Shown here piece by piece: positions 46,000 to 56,586 of a stretch of 64,000 nt of DNA. Each line of letters begins with the position of its first letter. The stretch's first letter is position 1. This DNA comes from an uncultured delta proteobacterium (GTDB lineage Bacteria > Myxococcota > Myxococcia > Myxococcales > Anaeromyxobacteraceae): positions 1 through 64,000 of the forward strand of contig CAWHDZ010000007.1 of NCBI GenBank assembly GCA_963828255.1, in the 5' to 3' direction. The notes under the pieces are model-generated. The model was not told the origin of the DNA, made no database searches, and was given only the letters and a program-made list of their open reading frames with translations. A program made the position numbers and the translations under genes.

Positions 46000-47306
46000 A
46001 CGCAGCGGAGCAGAGCCTGGTCGACGGCGCCGGGTCGCTCGCTCCGGCCCCCGCGTTCGTGGCCGCCGCCCGGCGGTCCGGGCGGGAGTCCTTCGAGCGG
46101 AGCGGCCTGCCCACCACCCGCATGGAGGACTGGCGCTTCACCTCGCTGGCGCCGCTCCTGGCCCACGCCTTCGGCCACGCCGATCCGTCCGCGCCGCTCT
46201 CGGCCGCCGACCTCGAGGCCGCCGCGGGGAAGGCCTTCGGCCCGCGGCTGGTCTTCGTGAACGGGCGGTTCCGCGCCGACCTCTCGAGCGCCCACGGCCT
46301 GCCGGCCGGCATCCACGCCGCCAGCCTCCAGCACGCCATCGCCGTGTCGCCCGGCCGGGTGGAGCCCCACCTGGCCCGCGCCGTCTCCGTGGAGGGGCGC
46401 CCCTTCGCGGCCCTGAACGCGGCCTTCCTGGGCGACGGCGCCTTCGTCCACGTCGGCGGCGAGGCGAAGGGCGGCGTCGTGGAGCTCGTCTTCGCCACCG
46501 TGGCCCGGCAGGGGCCGGCCGCCAGCCACCCCCGCGTGCTCGTGGCGGCCGACCCGGGGAGCCAGGCGACCGTCGTCGAGACCTACGTGGCGCTGGGCGG
46601 CCACCCTGCGCTCACCAACGCGGTCACCGAGGTCTCGCTCGGCGCCGGCGCACGCCTCGACCACTACCAGGTCCAGGACCAGCCGGCCTCCGCGTTCCAC
46701 TTCGCGACCCTGGCCGCGGTGCAGGGCGCAGGCGCCAGCCTCTCCACCCACTCCACCGCGCTGGGCGCCGCCCTCTCGCGCAGCGACGTCCTCGCACGCC
46801 TCGCCGGGGAGGGAGCCCAGGCCCACGTCTCCGGCCTGTACATGGCCGACGGGGACCGGCTCGTGGACAACCACTCGGTGATCGAGCACGCCGTGCCGAA
46901 CGGCACCAGCCGGGAGCTCTTCAAGGGCATCCTCGACGGCGCCTCGCGCGGCGTCTTCGCCGGCCGCATCCGCGTGCTCGAGGGGGCCTCGAAGACCGAC
47001 GCCCACCAGTCCAACTCGAACCTGCTCCTGTCCCGCGACGCCATCGTCGACACCCTGCCGCAGCTCGAGATCTACACCGACGACGTCAAGGCCGGCCACG
47101 GCGGCACGGTGGGCGAGCTGGACCGGGACGCGCTCTTCTACCTGCGCTCCCGCGGGCTGCCGCTGGCCGAGGCCCGGAGCCTGCTCGTCTACGCCTTCGC
47201 CCGCGAGATGGTGGAGCGGGTGGCCGTGCCGGCGCTCCGCGAGCGGCTCGGGCGGCTCGTGGCGGCCCGCCTTCCCGGCGGCGACGCCATCCTGGAGGCG
47301 GCATGA
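45996..47306 (+). CDS. sufD: Fe-S cluster assembly protein SufD
   Basis: PTTRMEDWRFT, FAALN, PQLEIYTDDVKAGHG, LFYLRSRG. Confidence 0.95.
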   Translation: MNAAEQSLVDGAGSLAPAPAFVAAARRSGRESFERSGLPTTRMEDWRFTSLAPLLAHAFGHADPSAPLSAADLEAAAGKAFGPRLVFVNGRFRADLSSAHGLPAGIHAASLQHAIAVSPGRVEPHLARAVSVEGRPFAALNAAFLGDGAFVHVGGEAKGGVVELVFATVARQGPAASHPRVLVAADPGSQATVVETYVALGGHPALTNAVTEVSLGAGARLDHYQVQDQPASAFHFATLAAVQGAGASLSTHSTALGAALSRSDVLARLAGEGAQAHVSGLYMADGDRLVDNHSVIEHAVPNGTSRELFKGILDGASRGVFAGRIRVLEGASKTDAHQSNSNLLLSRDAIVDTLPQLEIYTDDVKAGHGGTVGELDRDALFYLRSRGLPLAEARSLLVYAFAREMVERVAVPALRERLGRLVAARLPGGDAILEAA

Positions 47307-48520
47307 GCTTCGACGTCGAGGCGGTGCGCCGTCAGTTTCCCGTGCTGGCCCAGCGCCCGCACGGGAAGCGCCTGGCCTTCCTCGACAGCGGCGCCACGTC
47401 CCAGAAGCCGCAGTCGGTCATCGACGCGGTGACCCGGTTCTACGACCGGGACAACTCCAACGTGCACCGCGGCGTCTACGACCTTGCCGAGCGGGCCACC
47501 GCGGCCTTCGAGGGGGCGCGCAGGAAGATCGCCCGCTTCATCGGCGCCGAGCCCCGCGAGGTCATCTTCACCCGGGGTACGACCGAGGGCGTGAACCTGG
47601 TGGCCCAGTCCTGGGGACGGGCCAGCGTGGGGCCCGGCGACGAGATCCTGGTCACCGGGATGGAGCACCACTCCAACATCGTCCCCTGGCAGCTGCTCGC
47701 GGCCGAGAAGGGCGCGAAGCTCGTGGTGGTCCCGGTCGACGACCGGGGCGAGGTGCACCTCGCCGATTTCGAGCGGCTCATCGGCCCGCGCACCCGCATC
47801 GTCGCGGTCACCCAGGTGTCGAACGTGCTCGGGACGGTCAATCCGATCCGGGAGATCACCCGGCTGGCCCACGCCCGCGGGATCCCGGTCCTGGTGGACG
47901 GCGCCCAGGCCGTGCCCCACGAGAAGGTGGACGTCCGCGACCTCGACGCCGACTTCTACGTCTTCAGCGGCCACAAGATGTTCGGCCCCACCGGGATCGG
48001 CGTGCTGTACGGGAAGGCGAAGCTGCTCGAGGCCATGCCCCCCTGGCAGGGCGGCGGCGACATGATCCTCTCGGTCTCCTTCGAGGGGACCAGGTTCAAC
48101 ACCATCCCCTACAAGTTCGAGGCCGGAACCCCCGACGCCGCCGGTGCGGTGGGGCTGGGCGCCGCGGTGGACTGGCTCGAGGGGCTCGACCGGGAGGGCG
48201 CCCGGGCCCACGAGCGGGACCTGCTCGCCCACGCCACCCGGAGGCTCGAGGAGATCCCCGGGCTGCGCATCATCGGCGCCGCGCCCGGCAAGGCCCCGGT
48301 CATCTCCTTCGTCATGGAGGGCGTCCACCCGCACGACGTGGGCACCATCCTCGACCACGAGGGGGTGGCGGTGCGGGCCGGCCACCACTGCGCCCAGCCG
48401 CTCATGGAGCGCTTCGGCGTGCCGGCCACCGTTCGCGCGTCCATGGCCCTCTACAACACCCGCGAGGACGTGGACCAGCTCGTCCAGGGCCTCCACCGCG
48501 TCCGGGAGATGTTCCCATGA
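47303..48520 (+). CDS. sufS: Cysteine desulfurase SufS
   Basis: LDSGATSQKP, EHHSNIVPWQ, SGHKMFGPTG, RAGHHCAQP. Confidence 0.97.
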   Translation: MSFDVEAVRRQFPVLAQRPHGKRLAFLDSGATSQKPQSVIDAVTRFYDRDNSNVHRGVYDLAERATAAFEGARRKIARFIGAEPREVIFTRGTTEGVNLVAQSWGRASVGPGDEILVTGMEHHSNIVPWQLLAAEKGAKLVVVPVDDRGEVHLADFERLIGPRTRIVAVTQVSNVLGTVNPIREITRLAHARGIPVLVDGAQAVPHEKVDVRDLDADFYVFSGHKMFGPTGIGVLYGKAKLLEAMPPWQGGGDMILSVSFEGTRFNTIPYKFEAGTPDAAGAVGLGAAVDWLEGLDREGARAHERDLLAHATRRLEEIPGLRIIGAAPGKAPVISFVMEGVHPHDVGTILDHEGVAVRAGHHCAQPLMERFGVPATVRASMALYNTREDVDQLVQGLHRVREMFP

Positions 48521-48963
48521 GCGACCTCTCCGACCTCTACCAGGAGGTCATCCTGGACCACGGCCGCAATCCGCGGAACTTCCGGCGCATGGCCGACGCC
48601 ACCGCCACGGCGGAGGGGCTGAATCCCCTCTGCGGCGACCACTACCACGTGTTCCTCCGGATGGACGGCGACCGCGTCGCCGACGTCTCCTTCCAGGGCT
48701 CGGGCTGCGCCATCTCCAAGGCGTCGGCCTCGCTCATGAGCCAGGTGCTCAAGGGCAAGAGCGCCGCCGACGCCGAGGACCTCTTCCGGCGCTTCCACCG
48801 GATGGTGGTGGACGGGGACGCCACCCAGGCCGACGGCCTGGGGAAGCTCGCGGTCCTGAAGGGCGTGGCCGATTTTCCCACCCGCGTGAAGTGTGCCAGC
48901 CTGGCCTGGCACGCGCTCCACGCGGCACTGCACGGCGAGCAGAAGCCGGCGACGACGGAGTGA
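48517..48963 (+). CDS. sufU: SUF NifU-family protein SufU
   Basis: LYQEVILDH, NPLCGD, GCAISKASAS, RVKCASLAW. Confidence 0.95.
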   Translation: MSDLSDLYQEVILDHGRNPRNFRRMADATATAEGLNPLCGDHYHVFLRMDGDRVADVSFQGSGCAISKASASLMSQVLKGKSAADAEDLFRRFHRMVVDGDATQADGLGKLAVLKGVADFPTRVKCASLAWHALHAALHGEQKPATTE

Positions 48964-48967
48964 GACG

Positions 48968-49543
48968 ATGGAGCGCCGCGAACCGGTCTCGCTGAGCCGC
49001 GCAGTGGAGGTGACGCTCGTCCCCTCCGGGGAGAAGAGCATGCTCCCGCAGGGCGCGCTGGTCATGCCGCAGCAGGAGCTGGGCGGCCACTTCACGGTCA
49101 TGCTCGACCGCGGGGGGCTGGCGCGCCTCGCCAACGAGGACGCCGACGCGCTGGGGCCGGCCTTCGCCGAGCGGGCCCTCAAGGTGGCCGAGGCCGAGAA
49201 GGCGAGGCTCGCGGAGGCGAGCGGCCAGCCCTTCGACGAGCAGCAGGTCTGGGAAGCTCTCAAGAAGGTCTTCGACCCGGAGATCCCGGCCAGCATCGTG
49301 GACCTGGGGCTGGTCTACGAGCTCGTCCACTCCGAGCGGGCCGAGGGTGGCCGGAAGGTCACCATCCGGATGACGCTCACCGCCCCCGGCTGCGGGGTCG
49401 CCCCCATGATCCTCGACGACGTCCGGGAACGGGTCGCCAAGGTGCCCGGCGTCGGCGCGGTGGACGTGGACCTGGTCTTCGACCCGCCCTGGAGTCCGGA
49501 GAAGATGAGCGACGCCGCGAGGTTGCAGCTCGGTTTCTGGTAG
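48968..49543 (+). CDS. sufT: Fe-S assembly protein SufT (DUF59)
   Basis: VFDPEIPASIVDLGLVY, MTLTAPGCG, LVFDPPW..MSDAARLQLG. Confidence 0.9.
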   Translation: MERREPVSLSRAVEVTLVPSGEKSMLPQGALVMPQQELGGHFTVMLDRGGLARLANEDADALGPAFAERALKVAEAEKARLAEASGQPFDEQQVWEALKKVFDPEIPASIVDLGLVYELVHSERAEGGRKVTIRMTLTAPGCGVAPMILDDVRERVAKVPGVGAVDVDLVFDPPWSPEKMSDAARLQLGFW

Positions 49544-49556
49544 ACCCATCCGGGAC

Positions 49557-49586
49557 GAATCCGTCCGGGCAGGTGGCGGCGTCGAA
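49557..49586 (+). promoter_or_regulatory. Putative ECF sigma promoter
   Basis: GAATCC-17 nt-CGTCGAA directly upstream of the ECF cassette. Confidence 0.55.
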
Positions 49587-49627
49587 GAGTGCAGGAGGGG
49601 CGCTCCTCGCCCCCGGAGGACGCACCG

Positions 49628-50080
49628 ATGAACCGCAAGCCGCTCGCCGCCGCATCGCTCCTCGCCCTCGCCGCCCCCACCGCCGCCCTGGCCGGGGACA
49701 TCGGGAGCACGCTGGTCTCCATCGGCGTGCCCGCCATCGTCTTCGGCTTCGTGCTGGCCATCGTGGGCGGCGCCTTCTACGTCGGATACCGCGAGACCAA
49801 GGAGCGGCAGCAGACCCTGCGGCTCGCCATCGAGAAGGGGATCGCCATCCCCCCCGAGCTCGTGGAGGGCGCCAGCGGGGAGCGGAACCCCGACAGGGAC
49901 CTGCGCAGCGGCATCAAGCAGATCTTCATCGGGATCGGCGTGGGCGTGCTGCTCTGGTTCGTGTCGCCCTTCAAGAACGTCTGGGCGGTGGGCGCCATGA
50001 TCGCCATCTTCGGGATCGGCCACGTCGTGGCCTGGGCGCTCACGCGCCGTCAGCCGAAGCCGGCCACTCCGGCCAGCTGA
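49628..50080 (+). CDS. Membrane protein (DUF6249-like)
   Basis: TM, RQQTLRLAIEKG..IPPEL, DLRSGI + 2 TM; typical neighbour of ECF sigma genes. Confidence 0.7.
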   Translation: MNRKPLAAASLLALAAPTAALAGDIGSTLVSIGVPAIVFGFVLAIVGGAFYVGYRETKERQQTLRLAIEKGIAIPPELVEGASGERNPDRDLRSGIKQIFIGIGVGVLLWFVSPFKNVWAVGAMIAIFGIGHVVAWALTRRQPKPATPAS

Positions 50081-50090
50081 TCGAGGGCGG

Positions 50091-50618
50091 ATGGGCCCCT
50101 CCGACGCCGAGCTCTGCGCCCGCGTCGTCTCGAGCGACGACCGGCACGCCTTCGCCGCCCTGGTGCGACGCCACCAGTCGGCGGTCCGGGCGGTGCTGCG
50201 CCGGCTCTGCGCGGGGGACGCGGCGCTGGCCGACGACCTCTCGCAGGAGACCTTCGTGCGTGCGTGGAGGGGCTTGCGGGGCTGGCGGGGCGGGGCCCGG
50301 TTCCCGACCTGGCTGCACCGCATCGCGGTGAACGCCTGGCTGTCCCAGGCCCGGAAGGCGCCTCCTCCCGCCGTCCTCGACCCGGGCGTCCAGGAGCCCG
50401 CCGACGGCCAGGTGGACGCCCGCCGCGATCTGGAGCGGGCCTTCGCCTTCCTGCGCCCCGAGGAGCGGATCGCGCTCTCCCTGGCCTACGCGCAGGACCT
50501 CACCCACGAGGAGGCGGCCGAGGCGGCCGGGTGGCCCGTGGGGACGCTCAAGACACACCTGCTGCGGGGCAAGGAGAAGCTCCGGCAGCGGCTCGTTCCC
50601 CAGGAGGGCGCGGCATGA
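50091..50618 (+). CDS. ECF RNA polymerase sigma factor
   Basis: AFAALVRRHQ, ADDLSQETFVRAW, FPTWLHRIAVN, GTLKTHLLRG. Confidence 0.92.
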   Translation: MGPSDAELCARVVSSDDRHAFAALVRRHQSAVRAVLRRLCAGDAALADDLSQETFVRAWRGLRGWRGGARFPTWLHRIAVNAWLSQARKAPPPAVLDPGVQEPADGQVDARRDLERAFAFLRPEERIALSLAYAQDLTHEEAAEAAGWPVGTLKTHLLRGKEKLRQRLVPQEGAA

Positions 50619-50905
50619 CCGACCCACACGACCCGATCGACGACGCCCTGCGCGAAGCCCCCTACCTGGACGACGCGAGTTTCACAAATGGTGTCATGGG
50701 TGCGCTGCCGCCGCGCGCCCCGCGGCGCCGAGGGGCGGTCCTGGTCGTGGCCGGGGTGGCGGCCGGCCTGCTCGGGGCGGCCACGCTGGGCGAGCCGCTC
50801 GCCGCCGCGGCCGTCCTCCTCTCCGCGACCAGCGTCACGGCCTTGCTCCTGGGTGGTGCGGCGCTGGCGGCCGCGGCCGGGATCCTGCTCCGGACCGCCC
50901 GCTAG
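50615..50905 (+). CDS. Putative membrane anti-sigma factor
   Basis: ATGA overlap with the ECF gene; PYLDDASFTNGVMGALP + 2 TM. Confidence 0.65.
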   Translation: MTDPHDPIDDALREAPYLDDASFTNGVMGALPPRAPRRRGAVLVVAGVAAGLLGAATLGEPLAAAAVLLSATSVTALLLGGAALAAAAGILLRTAR

Positions 50906-51062
50906 CCGAACGTCCGCAAACGTCCGGTTCCGGCCATCCGGACGGGCCCGGGCCCGATCCGGGCCCGATCCTGGCGTGAAGATCCAGTCCGGCGTGCGAA
51001 CCCGCTCGGGCATGGCGGATGCACACATCCTCCCCCGTGCTACGCCAAATGTGGGGGCAGCC

Positions 51063-52025
51063 ATGAAGAACCGGCTCGACGACGGAACGGTCCGCATCCT
51101 CGACATGGCCTGTCTCTTCCTGGCGATGCCGGTGGCCTGGTGGGCCCGGGCGCTTCTCCCCGGGAGCGACCCCGTGCTGGCCCGGATCGAGTACGCACCC
51201 TTCCTCGCCTTCACCCTCCTCATGTGGTTCGTCGCCGCCTGGTTCTTCCAGGTCTACGTGAGCCTCCGGACGCGCTCCGTGCAGGAGGCGTTCCGGAACT
51301 GCCAGGAGCGAGGCGCCGCCGCCCGCGTCTGCCTGGACCTCTTCGAGGTGGACGGCGCCCGGGCCGAGCTCGGGGACCTCGACGGCCTTCCCACGCTCTC
51401 GTTCTCGAGCGCGCCGACCGACGAGGTCGCGCTGCTCTTCAAGCGTGCCTTCGACGTGCTCTCGAGCGCCGCGGCCCTGCTGCTCTTCTCGCCGGTGCTC
51501 CTGGCCACCGCACTCGCGGTCAAGCTCGAGTCCCCCGGGCCGGTCTTCTTCCGGCAGGTGCGGGTCGGGAAGAATGGCCGGCCCTTCCGGATGTTCAAGT
51601 TCCGCAGCATGCGCGCCGACGCCGAGGAGCGGCTCGAGTCGCTGCGGGCCCGGAACGAGGCCTCCGGTCCGGTCTTCAAGATGCGGAACGACCCACGTGT
51701 CACCCGCGTCGGCGCCTTCATCCGCCGGTACTCCATCGACGAGCTGCCCCAGTTCCTGAACGTCCTCTCCGGGGAGATGAGCGTCGTCGGTCCGCGGCCG
51801 CCGGTTCCGGCCGAGGTCCGTCAGTACGAGCGCTGGCAGCGCCGTCGCCTGAGCGTGAAGCCCGGGATCACCTGCACCTGGCAGGTGAGCGGCAGGTCGG
51901 ACATCACCTTCGACCGGTGGATGGAGCTCGACCTCGCCTACATCGACTCCTGGTCGCTCTGGCGGGACGTGCAGATCTGCTTCCAGACCATTCCCGCGGT
52001 GCTGACCTCGCGCGGCGCCCGGTGA
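51063..52025 (+). CDS. Polyprenyl glycosylphosphotransferase (bacterial sugar transferase), shortened N-region
   Basis: KRAFD, GPVFFRQVRVG, FKFRSM, DPRVTRVG, DELPQFLNVLSGEMSVVGPRP, VKPGIT. Confidence 0.9.
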   Translation: MKNRLDDGTVRILDMACLFLAMPVAWWARALLPGSDPVLARIEYAPFLAFTLLMWFVAAWFFQVYVSLRTRSVQEAFRNCQERGAAARVCLDLFEVDGARAELGDLDGLPTLSFSSAPTDEVALLFKRAFDVLSSAAALLLFSPVLLATALAVKLESPGPVFFRQVRVGKNGRPFRMFKFRSMRADAEERLESLRARNEASGPVFKMRNDPRVTRVGAFIRRYSIDELPQFLNVLSGEMSVVGPRPPVPAEVRQYERWQRRRLSVKPGITCTWQVSGRSDITFDRWMELDLAYIDSWSLWRDVQICFQTIPAVLTSRGAR

Positions 52026-52030
52026 CCCGG

Positions 52031-53995
<1,965 letters not shown>

Positions 53996-54116
53996 GACAT
54001 CGAGAGTAGACCACCCCCACCGGGCGTGGAAGGCGCCGGGCGGAGCTCGAGCCCCGGTCGGACACTTCACCGACCGTCCGTTCCGCGGACCCGCGGCCAG
54101 TTGGGGCGTAAGCAGA

Positions 54117-54312
54117 TGCCTTCCTTGACGGGGTTTCGGTGGGATTTGCCTTCCGTGAAGCGGTGGCCGAAGGAATGCTCCTGTCGCTGCGCCAGGAGCT
54201 CGTGCGTGCCCTTCCGGAATTCCTGGCGAGGTTCGAGATCTCCCGGTGAAAGGACGCGGCAGAGGGGCTCTCCGTGCGTCTGGGGAGGGCCGAATTTCCC
54301 GTGAGACAGTGG
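54117..54312 (+). repeat. Degenerate ~30-bp tandem repeat/hairpin array upstream of the HNH gene
   Basis: Units start near 54117, 54147, 54177, 54207, 54238, 54267, 54295; units 1 and 2 share TGCCTTCC.TGA.G.GGT (15/18); loose consensus YYTYCCGTGAA-Nx-TGGC.GAGG. Confidence 0.55.
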
Positions 54313-54316
54313 ATCC

Positions 54317-55714
54317 ATGAACGCACGCGAATGGTCCCTCCGCATCGCCGACCTGCTCCGCCGGGAACGCGCCTCGGTCGTCGACGTCCTCCTCGCCCTC
54401 GCCGAGTTTGACCGGCTGGCTGTGTACCGGCAGCTCGGACACGCGAGCCTTTTCGACTTCCTTCACAAGGACCTGGGCCTGTCCCGGGGCATGGCCCACT
54501 ACAGGCTCACCGCCACCCGGCTGGTGGAGAGGTTCCCCGAGGTGATCGAACCCCTCCGGGACGGAAGGCTTTGCATGTCGAGCGTCGTCGAGCTGGCCCG
54601 GGTGATGACGGAGGAGAACCGGGCCGAGGTCGTGCCGAGGTTCTTCGACAAGTCTCGCCAGGAGGCGAAGCAGGTGGCGGCGGAGATCCGGCCGGCGGAG
54701 GTGGTGCCGGTGAGGACGGTGGTCACCCGCGGTCGAGGCAGTTCAACCGTTGAACTGGCGTTGATGGGGGTCAGTCCGGAGACTGTCCAGTCGAAGATGG
54801 AGCTGCCGGTCGCGCCAGCATCACGGACGGTGGTGGACCCGCTCACCCGGCACGAGACCCGGATGCACGTCACGGTATCGCCGGCGTTCATGACCTTGCT
54901 GAAGAAGGCCAGGGCGGGGCAGAGCCATGTCCAGCCCGGGGCGACCGACGAGCAGGTGCTCACCGCGGCGCTGGAACTGCTCATCGAGAAGCAGGGAAAG
55001 CGGAAAGCCTGCGTGCCGGCCAGGGTAAAGCGGGAAGTCGCGAAGAGGGACGAGGGAAAGTGCCAATGGAGGCTCGCGGACGGTGGGATCTGCGGCTCCA
55101 CGGTGCGGCTGGAGATCGATCACGTGGTGCCGCGGGGGAAGGGCGGACCATCGACGGTCGAGAACTGCAGGATCCTTTGCCGGTCCCATAACCTGGAAGC
55201 CGCCCGCCAGGCCTACGGCGACGCGCACATGGACCTGTTCACCCGTGGTGGATCACCCGGCTTCGCCCCGCTGGCCAGGGAGGACGTCGCCGTGTACGGG
55301 TCGGCGCCGGCGCCCCTTGCGCGTGCGTGGCGCTGGAATAGGATTCCGCCGCCCCGATGTCCAACCCGCCCGCACACCGAGCCCCCGCCCCGGGAGCCCA
55401 CCATCCCGCCCTCGACGGGCTTCGCGGCGTGGCGGTGCTCATGGTGCTCTCCTTCCACTTCCTGCACATCGACGGGGAGGGTGGGGTGGCGGAGCGGACG
55501 CTCCTCGCGGCCAGCCGGTCCGGGTGGGCCGGAGTGGACCTGTTCTTCGTCCTCTCCGGCTTCCTCATCACGGGCATCCTCCTCGACGCGCGGGACGCAC
55601 CCGGCTACTTCGGCGCCTTCTACGCCCGGCGGGTGCTGCGGATCTTCCCCCTCTACTACGCCTACCTGGCGGTGCTCTTCCTGGTCGTCCCGCTCCTCTC
55701 GTCACTCGACGTGA
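54317..55714 (+). CDS. HNH endonuclease with DUF222-like N-terminal domain (recognisable part ends ~55300; ORF reads through into the next gene)
   Basis: LAEFD..YRQLGHASLFDFL...LGLS.G.A..R; KREVAKRDEGKCQW..G.ICGST..LEIDHVVPRGKGGPSTVENCRILCRSHN. Confidence 0.85.
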   Translation: MNAREWSLRIADLLRRERASVVDVLLALAEFDRLAVYRQLGHASLFDFLHKDLGLSRGMAHYRLTATRLVERFPEVIEPLRDGRLCMSSVVELARVMTEENRAEVVPRFFDKSRQEAKQVAAEIRPAEVVPVRTVVTRGRGSSTVELALMGVSPETVQSKMELPVAPASRTVVDPLTRHETRMHVTVSPAFMTLLKKARAGQSHVQPGATDEQVLTAALELLIEKQGKRKACVPARVKREVAKRDEGKCQWRLADGGICGSTVRLEIDHVVPRGKGGPSTVENCRILCRSHNLEAARQAYGDAHMDLFTRGGSPGFAPLAREDVAVYGSAPAPLARAWRWNRIPPPRCPTRPHTEPPPREPTIPPSTGFAAWRCSWCSPSTSCTSTGRVGWRSGRSSRPAGPGGPEWTCSSSSPASSSRASSSTRGTHPATSAPSTPGGCCGSSPSTTPTWRCSSWSSRSSRHST

Positions 55715-56586
55715 AGGCGGGGACCCAGGGCTGGCTCTGGACCTACCTGGGCAACGTGCTCTTCGCGCGCGAGGGGGGCTTCGAGGCCAGCCCCTACACC
55801 GGCCACTTCTGGTCGCTGGCGGTGGAGGAGCAGTTCTACCTGGCCTGGCCGCTCGTGGTCTGGGTGCTTCCCCGGAGGAGGCTCGCGCTGGTCTGCCTGG
55901 GGCTCGTGGCCGGCGCCTTCGCGCTCAGGCTGGGAATCCACCGGACCACGTTCAACGCGACGGCCGCCTACGTCCTCACCCCGGCCCGCATGGACGCGCT
56001 GGCCCTGGGGGCGCTCGTGGCCGTCGCGGCGCGCGAGCCGTCCTGGTGGCCGCGGGTCCGCCGGGGCGCGCCCTGGCTGCTCGCCGCATCGGCGGCCGCG
56101 GTGGCCGCGGTCTGGGTCCACCAGGGCGGGCTCTTCGGCGGCGACCCGGTGGTGCAGGTCTGGGCCTTCGGGCCGCTGGCGGCCGGATTCGCGGCGCTGG
56201 TCGTGCTGACCGTGGATCCCGCGCCGTCCTCCCGGCTCTCCCGGACCCTCTCCCGCCCGTGGCTGCGCGGCGCCGGCAAGTACAGCTACGGGCTCTACGT
56301 CCTGCACTATCCGATCTTTCTCGGGCTGGAGGCCGCCGGCCTCACGTCGCTGGCCCTGTCCGGCGCGACGGGGAGCCGGCTCGCAGGGGTCCTCGCCTTC
56401 GCGGCGGTGGCCGGCCTCGCCACGTTCACGGCCGCGCTCCTCTCCTGGAACCTCCTCGAGAAGCCCTTCCTGCGCTGGAAGGACCGCGTGCCCTACGGGC
56501 ATCCCCCGTCGGCTAGCCGCGCACCAGCCGCCTCCACACCCAGACCTCCGCCGGCGGTGTCTCACCCCGCCGCACCACCAGCCTGA
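55357..56586 (+). CDS. Acyltransferase family 3 (OafA/YrhL-like O-acyltransferase)
   Basis: LDGLRGVAVL, GVDLFFVLSGFLIT, FYARRVLRIFPLYY, HFWSLAVEEQFY, SYGLYVLH. Confidence 0.93.
   Translation: MSNPPAHRAPAPGAHHPALDGLRGVAVLMVLSFHFLHIDGEGGVAERTLLAASRSGWAGVDLFFVLSGFLITGILLDARDAPGYFGAFYARRVLRIFPLYYAYLAVLFLVVPLLSSLDVKAGTQGWLWTYLGNVLFAREGGFEASPYTGHFWSLAVEEQFYLAWPLVVWVLPRRRLALVCLGLVAGAFALRLGIHRTTFNATAAYVLTPARMDALALGALVAVAAREPSWWPRVRRGAPWLLAASAAAVAAVWVHQGGLFGGDPVVQVWAFGPLAAGFAALVVLTVDPAPSSRLSRTLSRPWLRGAGKYSYGLYVLHYPIFLGLEAAGLTSLALSGATGSRLAGVLAFAAVAGLATFTAALLSWNLLEKPFLRWKDRVPYGHPPSASRAPAASTPRPPPAVSHPAAPPA

Noticed and set aside
50906..50972. Short direct/inverted repeats (AACGTCCG x2, CCGGGCCCGAT x2)
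   Set aside because: Too short and GC-rich to distinguish from chance or a simple terminator-like structure
54117..54312. Canonical CRISPR array or TIGR-Tas system
   Set aside because: Repeats are too degenerate, lack distinct 30-40-nt spacers, and no cas genes are present; the HNH protein shows no recognisable Nop or RuvC domain
56513..56586. 3' overlaps of convergent genes (also 6806-6831, 37792-37832)
   Set aside because: Common in high-GC genomes with few stop codons
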